A stretch of DNA of 64,000 nucleotides from an uncultured Planctomycetota bacterium (GCA_963841915.1 CAWJEN010000005.1:192001-256000), one strand, 5' to 3'. Shown: positions 26,977 through 36,911, numbered from the stretch's first letter. Translations and numbers: made by a program. The notes: generated from the sequence alone by a model not told the origin.

Positions 26977-27660
26977 TCAGGCCATCCGATCGCTCGCGTC
27001 CGTCGCTCGCGTTCCGTCAATGCTGAGGCCGTGGCTGTTCTGCCAGCGTTCGGCAAATGTTGCCACTGCCGCGTGCAGACGGCTCTTAACGGTTCCGAGC
27101 GGAATCTCGAGAATGTCCGCGATCTGCTTGTACGGAAACTGGTGGAAGTAGCTCAGCAGCAGGATCTCCCGCAGGTGGTCCGGTAATTCTTCGACGACAT
27201 TCCGCACCTGATCTGAAAGTTCCTGCCGCTTGGCCGGCTCGTCGATATCGGGCACATCAGCAGCCATCAGGTCGACGAAGGTGCCACCGTCACCGTTGGC
27301 CCCGCCGCTGATCTTGGCATCCAAGGGTGCCGCCGGCCGACGGGCTTGGCTCCGCATGAGGTCGCGAGCCTTGTTGGCTGCAATCGTGAACAACCAAGGC
27401 CGAAATCTGCGGGTCGGGTCAAAGCTGTGTCCGCTCTGGTGGACCTGGAGGAACGCTTCCTGGAAGATGTCTTCTGCTGCCGTCCGGTCACCGAGGAAGC
27501 GAGCCAGGAAGGCGTACAGCTCTCGCTCGTAGCGGGCAACGAGCTGCCGAAACGCGGCCAGCTCCCCATTGAGATACCGCTCGAGCAGTTGCTCGTCGGT
27601 CGCAAGTTCGGTGGCGCTGCCGCTCTTGGTGTTGGAAGATGTCTTCGCGGCCACGGCCAT
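26977..27660 (-). CDS. ECF RNA polymerase sigma factor
   Basis: AEDIFQEAF, FRPWLFTIAAN, YKQIADILEIPLGTVKSRLH. Confidence 0.95.
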   Translation of the reverse strand: MAVAAKTSSNTKSGSATELATDEQLLERYLNGELAAFRQLVARYERELYAFLARFLGDRTAAEDIFQEAFLQVHQSGHSFDPTRRFRPWLFTIAANKARDLMRSQARRPAAPLDAKISGGANGDGGTFVDLMAADVPDIDEPAKRQELSDQVRNVVEELPDHLREILLLSYFHQFPYKQIADILEIPLGTVKSRLHAAVATFAERWQNSHGLSIDGTRATDASDRMA

Positions 27661-27766
27661 CGGCAGCGACTATACGAGCCGGTCTGTCGATGGCAGGCAG
27701 AAACTGTGTTGAAACGCGTTCGCTCCCGAACATGGCAAGATGTAGTGACGTACAACCGGGCTTCCC

Positions 27767-28870
27767 ATGCCGACAACTCTGCCGAGCCTTTTTGATCTGG
27801 ACGAAGCGGCCGCCGGTGAGCTGGCCCGGTCGTGGGGCTGGCCAGCGTTCCGTGGCAAGCAACTTCGGCAGTGGGTGTTCGACAAGCTCGAGAGCGACCC
27901 GCGCCGCATGACGAACCTGCCTGCCGCGACACGCGGTGAGTTGCACGAGCGTGTCGACCTCACTGCAGGCGAAGTCGTCACCGACCAGCTGTCCGACGAC
28001 GGCACGCACAAGATGCTCATCTCCTGGCCCGACGGGGCAGAGGCCGAGTGCGTCATGATCCCAGACGGCGATCGGCGGACGGCGTGCGTGAGCAGTCAGG
28101 TCGGTTGCCCCGTCGGCTGCCGATTCTGTGCCAGCGGCGTGGCCGGTTTAAAGCAGAACCTGACGGCCGGCCGCATCCTGCAGCAGGTCTGGCACTTGAC
28201 CCGCGGCCTCCGCTCACGCGGCGACCGCACCGGCCGAATCACCAACCTCGTCTTCATGGGCATGGGTGAACCGCTCAGCAACTACGGCCCCGTGGTCACC
28301 GCCGCCCGGATGCTGCATGACGAGAAAACCTTCGGCCTCGGCTGGCGACGCATCACACTCAGCACCGTCGGCGTCCCGCCCCGCATGCGTCAGCTTGCTG
28401 ATGAGGACATCCCGATTAACCTCGCCCTGTCGCTGCACGCCCCCGAAGAACACCTTCGGCGGCAGATCATCCCATGGGCAGAGCATTTCGAGCTAGGCGA
28501 CATCCTCGACGCCTGTCGGTACTACTTCGAAAAGACCGGCCGCGAGGTGACGTTCGAGTACATCCTGCTCAGCGGCGTCAACGACGCACCGCACCATGCC
28601 AAGCGACTGGCCACCATCTGCCGCAACGGCGGGTTCAAGGTCAACGTTAATCTGCTGCGTTACAATGAAGTCGAAGGGCTGCCGTTCGCCCGACCGGCCG
28701 GTGATGCTGTGATGAAGTTCCAGCAGATTCTGCGGGACGTCGGCATCAACGTCCACGTCCGCAAAAGCCGCGGCCGCGATATTGACGCCGCCTGCGGCCA
28801 ACTCCGCCGCAAACAGTCAGCCGCCGACGTGTTGGAATTGGTGCAACTCGGTGCTCAATCTTCAGCTTGA
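27767..28870 (+). CDS. rlmN: 23S rRNA/tRNA m2A methyltransferase RlmN
   Basis: CVSSQVGCPVGCRFC radical SAM motif, MGMGEP, SLHAP, DIDAACGQL. Confidence 0.97.
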   Translation: MPTTLPSLFDLDEAAAGELARSWGWPAFRGKQLRQWVFDKLESDPRRMTNLPAATRGELHERVDLTAGEVVTDQLSDDGTHKMLISWPDGAEAECVMIPDGDRRTACVSSQVGCPVGCRFCASGVAGLKQNLTAGRILQQVWHLTRGLRSRGDRTGRITNLVFMGMGEPLSNYGPVVTAARMLHDEKTFGLGWRRITLSTVGVPPRMRQLADEDIPINLALSLHAPEEHLRRQIIPWAEHFELGDILDACRYYFEKTGREVTFEYILLSGVNDAPHHAKRLATICRNGGFKVNVNLLRYNEVEGLPFARPAGDAVMKFQQILRDVGINVHVRKSRGRDIDAACGQLRRKQSAADVLELVQLGAQSSA

Positions 28871-28885
28871 GCATCAAAGGTCAGG

Positions 28886-29701
28886 CTACTGCTCAGCCGA
28901 CGCTCGGGTCAGGGTCGCCCGTTGCGGGACGAACAGCAAGAGGACCTCCTCGTCCTGCCGCTCGGGTCGGAACCATTGGCCTCCGATGGTGGTGTCGCGT
29001 CCGGCTTCGGGAGAGGCCGAGACGAGCAGGTACCCGCCGTCTGGAATGTCGACCGTCACGCGCGCGGCCGTCAGGGCTTCGTCGACCGACAGCGATCGCA
29101 CCGCGTCTCGGCCGGTGGCGGTGAAGCGGGTTTGCCCGCGGGAGGATTGAACGCGTGGCACGAGCGAGAGTCGCGTCATCGCCCCACCGCCACCGGGCGT
29201 CGGGGCATAGGTCACAGCCAGCGAAAGCGACGCAGGGCCGAACGTTCTGCCGCCGAGACCTTGATCGTCGTGCCAGAAGACCGTCGTCGACATTTGCCGT
29301 GCGGCTTCTTCATCGCTCGGCATGAGCACGTCAAACCGCTGCGGCGTCAGGTCCGCGGCAATGCTCGTCCGCGACTCGACCTGATTCCCGCCAGCGGTGC
29401 GGGCGAGCTCCTCGAGATCACTCGCATTACCAATGCCGACACGCAGCCCGTTGGCCCAGAGTCGGTCACGATCTGCGGCATCGACGGCCGTCTCGTCAAC
29501 GCGCGACCAGGCGGCGTCGGCGCCATACAGCGAGACGAACATCCGGTGCGTCATCAGCATCCGACGTGCAGTCGGCAGCGGTGCCGGATCCGTCGGCCGC
29601 GGTTGTACCGTCCGCACCGTCGCCGACGCCGCAGGCGCCGCCCGCTCCGGGCCACAGCCGAACATCATCAGCAGCAAAAATAAGAGCCCAAGCCGCTTCA
29701 T
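28886..29701 (-). CDS. Putative lipoprotein
   Basis: MKRLGLLFLLLMMFGC lipobox-like signal. Confidence 0.7.
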   Translation of the reverse strand: MKRLGLLFLLLMMFGCGPERAAPAASATVRTVQPRPTDPAPLPTARRMLMTHRMFVSLYGADAAWSRVDETAVDAADRDRLWANGLRVGIGNASDLEELARTAGGNQVESRTSIAADLTPQRFDVLMPSDEEAARQMSTTVFWHDDQGLGGRTFGPASLSLAVTYAPTPGGGGAMTRLSLVPRVQSSRGQTRFTATGRDAVRSLSVDEALTAARVTVDIPDGGYLLVSASPEAGRDTTIGGQWFRPERQDEEVLLLFVPQRATLTRASAEQ

Positions 29702-30192
29702 CACGTCGACGACGGTAGCAGAAACCCAAGATGATGCCCCGCGTGCCGAAGGTGCAAGAGGTGCCATCGTCCAGCTTCGAGGCGGCCGAACAGCGGGCTC
29801 CGTTGGAAGATGCCATCAGCGTCGAGCCGTTCCTGCACCCGCTGACACGACGTCGCGAACAGGTCGACCTGAATCGCATCCTGCTCGTCCGCCACCTTCG
29901 GCTGCATCCGCTTGGGCGCGGGCATATTGGCGGGCATCGGTTTGCTCAAAGCCTTGTCAGACAAAGCAAAGCGACGCATCAGCGGCGGGATCGGCCACGG
30001 CATGTTCCACATGTCAAACCCGTCCAGGCTGCAGTTCTGCGTCATCGAAAGGTGCTCGCACACGCGGCCGAGCGACCACTTGCCCGCGCGCGTGTATCCG
30101 CCGTCTAGCAGTCGCCGGGCCTCAATTACTGCGTCGTCGAGCGTGTCAAACGTGAGGTGGCGTCGCCCTGCCTGTTGCGTCGCTTGCGTCAT
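29701..30192 (-). CDS. DinB-like (DUF1569-type) protein
   Basis: GKWSLGRVCEHL, SPLFGRL..W..LHLRHAGHHLGFL. Confidence 0.85.
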   Translation of the reverse strand: MTQATQQAGRRHLTFDTLDDAVIEARRLLDGGYTRAGKWSLGRVCEHLSMTQNCSLDGFDMWNMPWPIPPLMRRFALSDKALSKPMPANMPAPKRMQPKVADEQDAIQVDLFATSCQRVQERLDADGIFQRSPLFGRLEAGRWHLLHLRHAGHHLGFLLPSST

Positions 30193-30201
30193 GCACGCAC
30201 C

Positions 30202-30801
30202 TTAACGCGGCTGCGTCGCTGGTGGTGACGCAGCGTGCGACCAAACGACCTTCTTCGTCACATCGAGCACGGTCTTCGACTCATCAAGCACTGCCGTCAC
30301 CCGCGTGGCGGTCGCCGCGTCGACCAATCGCCAGGTGTGACCTTCAACGTTTGCCTCATGCTCCGCCCCGTCGACGTGGACCGTCACCTTGCTGCCCGGA
30401 AACACCTCGCCGCGTAGGCCGTCGCTGAACCGCTCGACGAACAGGAACGGCCCCTGCTCCCGACCCGCGGTCGACATCGCGGCATTGTAAGCCACCTGGG
30501 CGTCGAACTCGGCACCGTCAATGGGTGCAAACCCCGGCCCTTCGGTCATCTCACGCACGACGCCAGCAAGCTCCGCTCGCCCATAGTCCGCGGCGAACCC
30601 TTCGCCCCAAAAGGACCCGTACTTGCCGTGACACGACGCACAGTTCGCGTTGAAAAACGTGATCGGCGCGATCGACTCGCCAGGCTCCGTCTCTGCCGCG
30701 GCAGCGCTTGCGACCTCTCGTGGCACGGCAGCGGTAAGCAACAACATCATACCTACGACGATCGGCAGCAGGTGATGCACGACACGCATCATACAGCTCA
30801 T
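30202..30801 (-). CDS. Exported c-type cytochrome domain protein
   Basis: Signal peptide; CASCH heme motif; downstream Met (REM). Confidence 0.8.
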   Translation of the reverse strand: MSCMMRVVHHLLPIVVGMMLLLTAAVPREVASAAAAETEPGESIAPITFFNANCASCHGKYGSFWGEGFAADYGRAELAGVVREMTEGPGFAPIDGAEFDAQVAYNAAMSTAGREQGPFLFVERFSDGLRGEVFPGSKVTVHVDGAEHEANVEGHTWRLVDAATATRVTAVLDESKTVLDVTKKVVWSHAASPPATQPR

Positions 30802-30807
30802 CCCGCC

Positions 30808-31878
30808 CTACGCCGCAAGCCGCTTCATCGTCGGCAACGGCAACGCGTCCGGCAACGACTTCGCCACCGCGTACCGCGCCCGACTCTCCAGCAGGTGCGC
30901 GTGCTCCGGCCGATTCACCTGCTCCAGGTAACGGTCCCGCAGCTCCCGACACTGCGCGATCAGCTTCGGATCGATCGTCACCTTCGCCTTCGGCGTCGAC
31001 GCCGTCAGCTGCTTCTCGACCGCCTTCGGTGCCTCCACCACCTCAGCCTCCACGGGCGTTTCCACCACCACCTCCACCTCCGTCGTCGGCGGCGGGCCGA
31101 ACTGCAACGGCGCCTTCTTTGTCACGACCGGCGGCGGGACTGCCACGACCTTCGCCTTCTTCACGCGCGGTTTCCGCTCGGGCTTGGGCTCTTCCTTCGC
31201 CTCGATGGTCGGCATCGGCTCGCTCCAGTGCAGCCCCGGCGGGATCGGCAACGCCAAACGATCCTCCCGCATCTGACCGCCCTCCGTCTTGTGCGGATAC
31301 CACCACTTCGTCCCCCCCACGCCCTCGTCCCCCTCGACGATCTTCTTCTGCCAGAAGATGTGCACGCGCTTCTTCGCCGTGCTCCCGCCGCGGAACGCGA
31401 TCGGCACGAACCCCATCGCCTCCCAGAACCGGTTCGCCGGCAGGTCCTGCGCACACCAACAGCAGAACAGCCGACACCCGTACGCACTCCGCTCGAACAC
31501 TTCCTTGAGCAACGTCGCCCCGATGAGCGTCCGCTGCGCCGTCGGATCGACGCACAACTGATAGACCACGCCCAGCTCGTCACGCTTCAGGTACCGGTCG
31601 CGATACATCACATACCCGACCGCCTTACCCGTCCCCCCCACGCCCCCCACGCCCGCCACGCCCCCCACGCCCGCCTCCTCCGCGATCAGCAATCCGTCCA
31701 GTTTGATGTACCCCTCGAACTGCTGCGTCGTCGAGTACCCGAGCTGCTTCGAGTGCTTCTTGTGCAGCGCATCGATCCATGGCAGGTCGTCCCGCGTCGC
31801 CAGTCGCACCGTGATCGGCGCGTTCGGCACGGGCAGCGAAGACGTCGAACCGTTACGGATGGAAAGGGTGTTCATCAC
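30808..31878 (-). CDS. GNAT-family acetyltransferase with long C-terminal extension
   Basis: VRLATRDDL, QLCV.P..QR..IG, ANRFWEAMGF. Confidence 0.85.
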   Translation of the reverse strand: MMNTLSIRNGSTSSLPVPNAPITVRLATRDDLPWIDALHKKHSKQLGYSTTQQFEGYIKLDGLLIAEEAGVGGVAGVGGVGGTGKAVGYVMYRDRYLKRDELGVVYQLCVDPTAQRTLIGATLLKEVFERSAYGCRLFCCWCAQDLPANRFWEAMGFVPIAFRGGSTAKKRVHIFWQKKIVEGDEGVGGTKWWYPHKTEGGQMREDRLALPIPPGLHWSEPMPTIEAKEEPKPERKPRVKKAKVVAVPPPVVTKKAPLQFGPPPTTEVEVVVETPVEAEVVEAPKAVEKQLTASTPKAKVTIDPKLIAQCRELRDRYLEQVNRPEHAHLLESRARYAVAKSLPDALPLPTMKRLAA

Positions 31879-32336
31879 AATCCTTCAAAGGGAGTAAGGC
31901 AACGGCAGATCCGTCGCTCCGGTCCATCCGCTCCACCCCCCACGCCCCCCACGCCCCCCGCCCCATCCACGGCGACGATGCCGTTGTCGGCCGAGGCGTT
32001 GAGCAGGGGTGTCGGCGACGCCGCCGGGCCGAGCGAGACCAGGCCGACGTGAACCACGTTCGCGGGCGACTGAACGACGGCCCCGGCGCCTGCATACCGC
32101 GTCGGCGTTCGGCTGCCGTCGGTCACGAGGATCGCCGACCCGTCGAACCCCGCCACGTCGACGTTCACGTCGAACGTCAGCACGAGGGAAACGTTCTGGC
32201 TAAGTGGGTTGAACGCCGCCGCCGTCAGCGTCGGCCGTGTCGGCGACGCCTCCGTCCCCCGATTCCGCCGTCGCCCCATCCGACGCACCTTGGCGGGCGT
32301 GAAGGTCGCTGCGAGCTCGGAGGATGCAATAGACAT
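31875..32336 (-). CDS. Hypothetical beta-rich protein (3' end ambiguous: stop at 31875 or, with one more G, at 31885)
   Basis: ATG at 32336; LVLTFD..VDVAGFDG..I.V.DG; upstream of GNAT in the same operon. Confidence 0.65.
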   Translation of the reverse strand: MSIASSELAATFTPAKVRRMGRRRNRGTEASPTRPTLTAAAFNPLSQNVSLVLTFDVNVDVAGFDGSAILVTDGSRTPTRYAGAGAVVQSPANVVHVGLVSLGPAASPTPLLNASADNGIVAVDGAGGVGGVGGGADGPERRICRCLTPFEGL

Positions 32337-32349
32337 GACAAGAACCTTC

Positions 32350-32417
32350 AGAATGGACCCGGTGCCCGGTGCAATGGACCCGGTGCCACGGTGCCCGGTC
32401 CCCGGTCTCCGGTGCCA
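32350..32417. repeat. Degenerate 7-bp-period repeat (CCGGTGC-like)
   Basis: ccggtgc ccggtgc aatggac ccggtgc ... ccggtcc ccggtct ccggtgc. Confidence 0.7.
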
Positions 32418-32981
32418 CGGTTTGAGCCGCCGTCTGCGGCGGGCAAACCGTGTCTGCATGACCTGGCCTCGCCGACACGGATTGCCCGCATCGGAATGCG
32501 GCTCAAGCCGTGGCACCTCGGACCTAACACGTCGCGGATCGACGTCGACAACGACTACGCCGCGATCTTCAGGGCCTGGTTCGCCGCGTTGGTGGCCGTC
32601 GCGCCCGATCCCCGGTGCCACGGTTTGAGCCGACGTCTGCGGCGGGCAAACCGTGTCTGCATGACCTGCCCTCGCCGACACGGATTGCCCGCATCGGAAT
32701 GCGGCTCAAGCCGTGGCACCTTGAACCTGACACCTCGCGGACCGACGTCGACAACGACTACGCCGCGATCTTCAGGGCCTGGTTTGCCGCCTTGGTGGCA
32801 GTCGCGCCCGGTCTCCGGTGCCACGGTTTGAGCCGACGTCTGCGGCGGGCAAACCGTGTCTGCATGGCGTGGCCTCGCCGACACGGCCTGCCCGCATCGG
32901 AATGCGGCTCAATCCGTGGCACCTCGGACCCGGCACCTCGCGGATCGACGTCGACAACGACTACGCCGCGATCTTCAGGGC
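32411..32981. repeat. 203-bp tandem array (3 units): 107-bp nested REP-like hairpin plus gene 3'-end copy
   Basis: Hairpins GGTGCCACGG..CCGTGGCACC at 32411-32517, 32614-32720, 32817-32923; CTACGCCGCGATCTTCAGGGC at 32555, 32758, 32961. Confidence 0.96.
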
Positions 32982-33641
32982 TGGCTGTTCCCCGGTGGCG
33001 ATGGGCGTGACGGAGGCAACATTGCTGCCGAACAGCACGTTGAACGTCGCCCACATGCCCGCCGCAGTCGAACGGACGGCTTGCATCTTGTACGTGATCT
33101 GCGTCGCCCCGGCCGGGATCGTCGCATCGACGAACTTGCGGCTGCCGACACCGCCGAGGTACTCGAAGTCGAGCGACCCGTTGACGCTCCGGTAGACCTG
33201 ATAGATCGTCCCGCTGGTGCCGGCGGGGTTGTCGCACTTCCAGCTGAGCATGAGCTCGCCGTTGCCGTTGACTTCTGACTTGAGCTCGTACGGCGTGCCG
33301 GGGGCCGGCCGCGGGCTCGGGCCGCTGGGCACCGGAATCTCGGCCAGATTGTAAATTGCGTCGCCGTCGACGTCGGCCGTCGCCCGAATCTGCGAAATGA
33401 TGGCCGAGCCGGCCGATGCCATGTTGCGGACAGCCTCGTAGAACGTTTCCGTCGCGGCTCGTGCCGCCTGTTGTGCGGCTTGCTGCGCGTTGTACGCGTC
33501 GCGGGCAGCGGTCGTCTTCGTCTCCAAAGCCGTCACGCCCGCCGGGTCGACGCCCAGCGTCGCGGCGTTCGTGGACCAGGGGCCGACGTGGTTCTCGTAG
33601 AACGAGACCTTGTCGATTCGTTTGCGGGGAACAACGATCAT
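32961..33641 (-). CDS. Hypothetical protein: helical/coiled-coil N-half plus FN3-like C-half
   Basis: ATG with purine-rich GGAAAG upstream; AARDAYNAQQAAQQAA; PAPGTP..LMLSW..YQVYRS..FVD..YKMQAVR. Confidence 0.85.
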   Translation of the reverse strand: MIVVPRKRIDKVSFYENHVGPWSTNAATLGVDPAGVTALETKTTAARDAYNAQQAAQQAARAATETFYEAVRNMASAGSAIISQIRATADVDGDAIYNLAEIPVPSGPSPRPAPGTPYELKSEVNGNGELMLSWKCDNPAGTSGTIYQVYRSVNGSLDFEYLGGVGSRKFVDATIPAGATQITYKMQAVRSTAAGMWATFNVLFGSNVASVTPIATGEQPALKIAA

Positions 33642-33841
33642 GGCGTGTTCTTTCCGGAGCGGCTGCTCCAACGGGCAAGCGACAATGGGTTGAGGCGTCG
33701 GACCCGATCACGCCGACCGGGCCGCTGAACGCGGATGAAGTTCGCTTGCAGCCCAGGCATCGGCAGCACCCATCGGTTGCTTGACGACGACGTACGATTT
33801 TCTTGATCGTGTTCGCGTCACGTGGAGCGGCAAACAACTCT

Positions 33842-33920
33842 GGTGGCACGGGTCGCGTCTGCGAAACCCGTGTCGGCGATGGTTCCCGACACGGGTCTCG
33901 CAGACGCGACCCGTGCCACC
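33842..33920. repeat. REP-like long palindrome
   Basis: GGTGGCACGGGTCGCGTCTGCGAAACCCGTGTCGG-loop-CCGACACGGGTCTCGCAGACGCGACCCGTGCCACC, about 35-bp stem. Confidence 0.92.
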
Positions 33921-34071
33921 TTCGGCCGAACCCCTTCCCGTCTCGAATGCCATCGACAGATCGGTGTCCTCATGCTCCGATAGCTCACCCGGTCCGGGAA
34001 CATCGCCCGTTCGCGACTGCCAACGCCGGTCGTCCGAGAACAAGGTCCAATCCTCCCGATGACCGACGATT

Positions 34072-34288
34072 GTTCATCGACGCACAACCACCGGTCATCA
34101 ACGCACCACGGCCGGTCATCAACGCACCACGGCCGGTCATCAACGCACAACCGCCGGTCATCGACGCACCACGGCCGGTCATCAACGCACAACCGCCGGT
34201 CATCAACGCACAACCGCCGGTCATCAACGCACCGCCGCGGGTCATCAACGCACCGCCGCGGGTCATCAACGCACAATCGCGGGTCATC
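34072..34288. repeat. 21-bp (3x7) tandem repeat, 10 units plus a partial unit
   Basis: GGTCATC-AACGCAC-(AACCGCC/CACGGCC/CGCCGCG) units. Confidence 0.97.
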
Positions 34289-34318
34289 CCGGAACCGTGC
34301 CGACATCAGTGCTGCGAT

Positions 34319-34333
34319 AAGGGTCTGACCTCT
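34319..34333. repeat. Short quasi-palindrome AAGGGTCTGACCTCT (GGGGTCAG family)
   Basis: Matches the reverse complement of AAGGGGTCAGACCCCTT at 36969-36985 with few mismatches. Confidence 0.6.
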
Positions 34334-34646
34334 AAACTTCGTTTACTTCCCTTCGTTAACCCCTTATCTTCGTCCTTTCTGATTATTCTCGCACCTGATC
34401 TGCTAGCACCGGGCCGGATAGACTGGCGAAATCAGAGGGTCGAGACAGAGCCCGATGTCCCCGTTTCGACCCGCCCTTGCCTCCTTCCCCACCGGATCCG
34501 GCTCCCGAACGCTAATCCCTGCGACCATGTTCCTGCACAGATGTCTAGGTTTCTGCCCGTGTCGTCTGCTTTGGTGACCCGTTCATCAACCCTGCGAGAT
34601 TGATACCGTATCGTCGCACGCTCGCGTACCAAGATAACAGTCAACA

Positions 34647-36911
34647 ATGCTGAAATCGCTCGTCCTCGATAACGTCGCAACGTTCAGGACCCGCACGGAG
34701 ATGGCAGACCTGAGAAAGGTCAACTACATCTACGGAGCTAACGGGACGGGCAAGACGACGATCTCCCGTGTACTTGCTGATCTCGCGGGTCATCCACGCT
34801 GCAGTGCGACCTGGGCCGACGGAAAGGAGGTGAGGTGTTTGGTTTACAACCGCGACTTCCGCGCGCAAACACTTCCGGCAGGACGCATCCGTGCCGGGCG
34901 TGTTCACCCTCGGTGCCGACCTAGTCGAGCTTCAGGAGAAGATTAAATCGGCGAAGAAGGAGATGGACCGCAAGGAAGAACGCATCCGTGACATGAACGT
35001 TGAACTCGACGGGGATGAAGAACACGAGGGGAAGCGTAAGCAGCGACGACAAGTCGATGAGACCCTGAAAACGGCCGCGTGGACGGTGATGAAGACCCAT
35101 AAGAGCACATTCCAGCAGGCGTTCAAGGGTGTCAGTGCGGACAAAGGCAAGTTCCTGAACCGCCTCCTCAAGGAGCGCCGAAGAGAACACCGCCGAGCCT
35201 GCAGCACAGCAGGATCTGGAGGCGCGTGCGGCCACGCTCTACGGGACCGCACCAGTACGCGAAGTCGGCGTTACCGAACCTGTCGTGGGATGCGATCATG
35301 CGGTGCGAAGAGCACCCGCTGCTTAGCAAGGTCATCGTCGGGAGCGCTGACGTCGACCTCGCCGGACTCATCGAGGCGTTAGAGCATGGGGACTGGGTCA
35401 AGGCGGGATTGTCGCATCTGGAGCGGACCGACGGCTCATGTCCCTTCTGCCAGCAACCGGTACCGGACAAGCTCCGGTCTGACCTAGACGCCTTCTTCGG
35501 GGGGAGCTACCAGGCGGACATCGAGGCACTCGCCGATCTGGTCGCCGACTACAAGCGCCACGACGCGGCGCTGCGTCAATCGTTAGACGACCTCGCCGAA
35601 CGTGGTACCCCGCGCCTCGACGCGGCGCTTTTCGAGGCGCACCGTCAGGCGATCGTCTCCGTCCTCGACGAGAACCACGCCACCCTCCTCACGAAACAGG
35701 GTGCTCCGGGTCAAAAGGTAACGCTCAAATCCATTGGCGACGTCGTCACACCACTCGCCGACCTCATCACGGAAGCCAACGCCGCTATCAAGCAGCACAA
35801 TGCCCTCGTCGACAACCGGCACGAAGAGACACGCGAACTCACGGATCAGGTTTGGCGTCACTTGATCGACGGTCCGCTGAAGAACTCACTGGACAAGCAC
35901 AAAGCCGAGGTTGAGAGCCTGAACAAGGCAATCGACGGGATCACCACGAAGCAAGTTACGGCCGAGAAAGAACAAAACCGCCTGAAGGCGGAACTCGCTG
36001 CATTGGAGCGGAAGGTGACTGGTGTCGTCCCGACCATGACGGCGATCAACGACTTGCTCGAGGCCTACGGCTTCGACACCTTTCGACTCGCCGAAGCGAC
36101 GGGTTCCTCCAACGCCTACGAGCTCCGCCGGCCGGACGGCACCGCCTGTGGCGACACCCTCAGCGACGGGGAGCAAACGTTCGTCACGCTTCTTTACTTC
36201 TACCACCTAGTTTGTAACGGCAGTCACGAGTCGGACGCCGTCACCACGCCCCGCGTCGTCGTCTTCGACGACCCGGTGTCGAGTGTCGACGGCGACACGC
36301 TCTTCGTTATAAGCCACCTGATCCAGGACGTGATCAAGAGAGTACGGGAATCGTCAGACAGCCAATCGCAGGATGGTGGGGGCGAAACAGGAGAGGTAAC
36401 GCAGGTTTTTGTGCTAACGCACAATGTCTACTTTCACAAGCAGGTTGCGTTCCACACGAAGCGGCAGAAGGGAAAAGCTTTTAAGGACGAGACATTCTGG
36501 GTCGTCCGCCGCGTGAACACGATGTCGACAATCGAGCAGCACGACAGGAACCCGGTCCGTGATTCCTATGGCCTCCTGTGGGACGACGTCCGCGACCAAC
36601 AGCGCAGCGCTAACCAACTCTGCAACACGCTGCGCCGCATCCTTGAAACCTATTTCAAGATGTTTGGCTCGGTTGACCTGCGCACTCTTGAGGACAAATT
36701 CGACGGTTCCGAGAGGGTCTTGTGCGCGTCGCTACTCTCCTGGGCCCACGACGGATCGCACGCGGCGATGGACGACCTGCACGCCGCTCAAAGTCCCGAC
36801 GCCAGAGTCCGTTATCTCGCCGTGTTTCGGAAGATCTTCGAGAAGCACAACCACCTCGCTCACTACAAGATGATGATGGGTGACAACGCAGATAAATGCG
36901 GAACGGAATAA
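34647..36911 (+). pseudogene. RloC-like ABC/SMC ATPase-HEPN anticodon nuclease (AAA_13), with about 3 frameshifts
   Basis: YGANGTGKTT, CPFCQQ zinc hook, LSDGE, VVVFDDPVSS, THN, NTLRRILETYF, SWAHDGSH; frame changes near 34866, 35175 and 35265. Confidence 0.85.

Noticed and set aside
32411..32981. 203-bp array as a CRISPR array
   Set aside because: Whole units are near-identical, there are no unique spacers, unit sizes are wrong, and no cas genes are present.
34072..34288. 21-bp array as CRISPR or as real coding sequence (ORFs 33803-34603, 33818-34306, 33985-34287, 34059-34328)
   Set aside because: Contiguous units without spacers. Several frames are open only because the unit is stop-free and a multiple of 3; no frame is favoured.
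24245..36911. Functional link between the tRNA-Lys att site and the RloC-like anticodon nuclease
   Set aside because: They are separated by 10 kb of core genes, and nothing in the sequence connects them.
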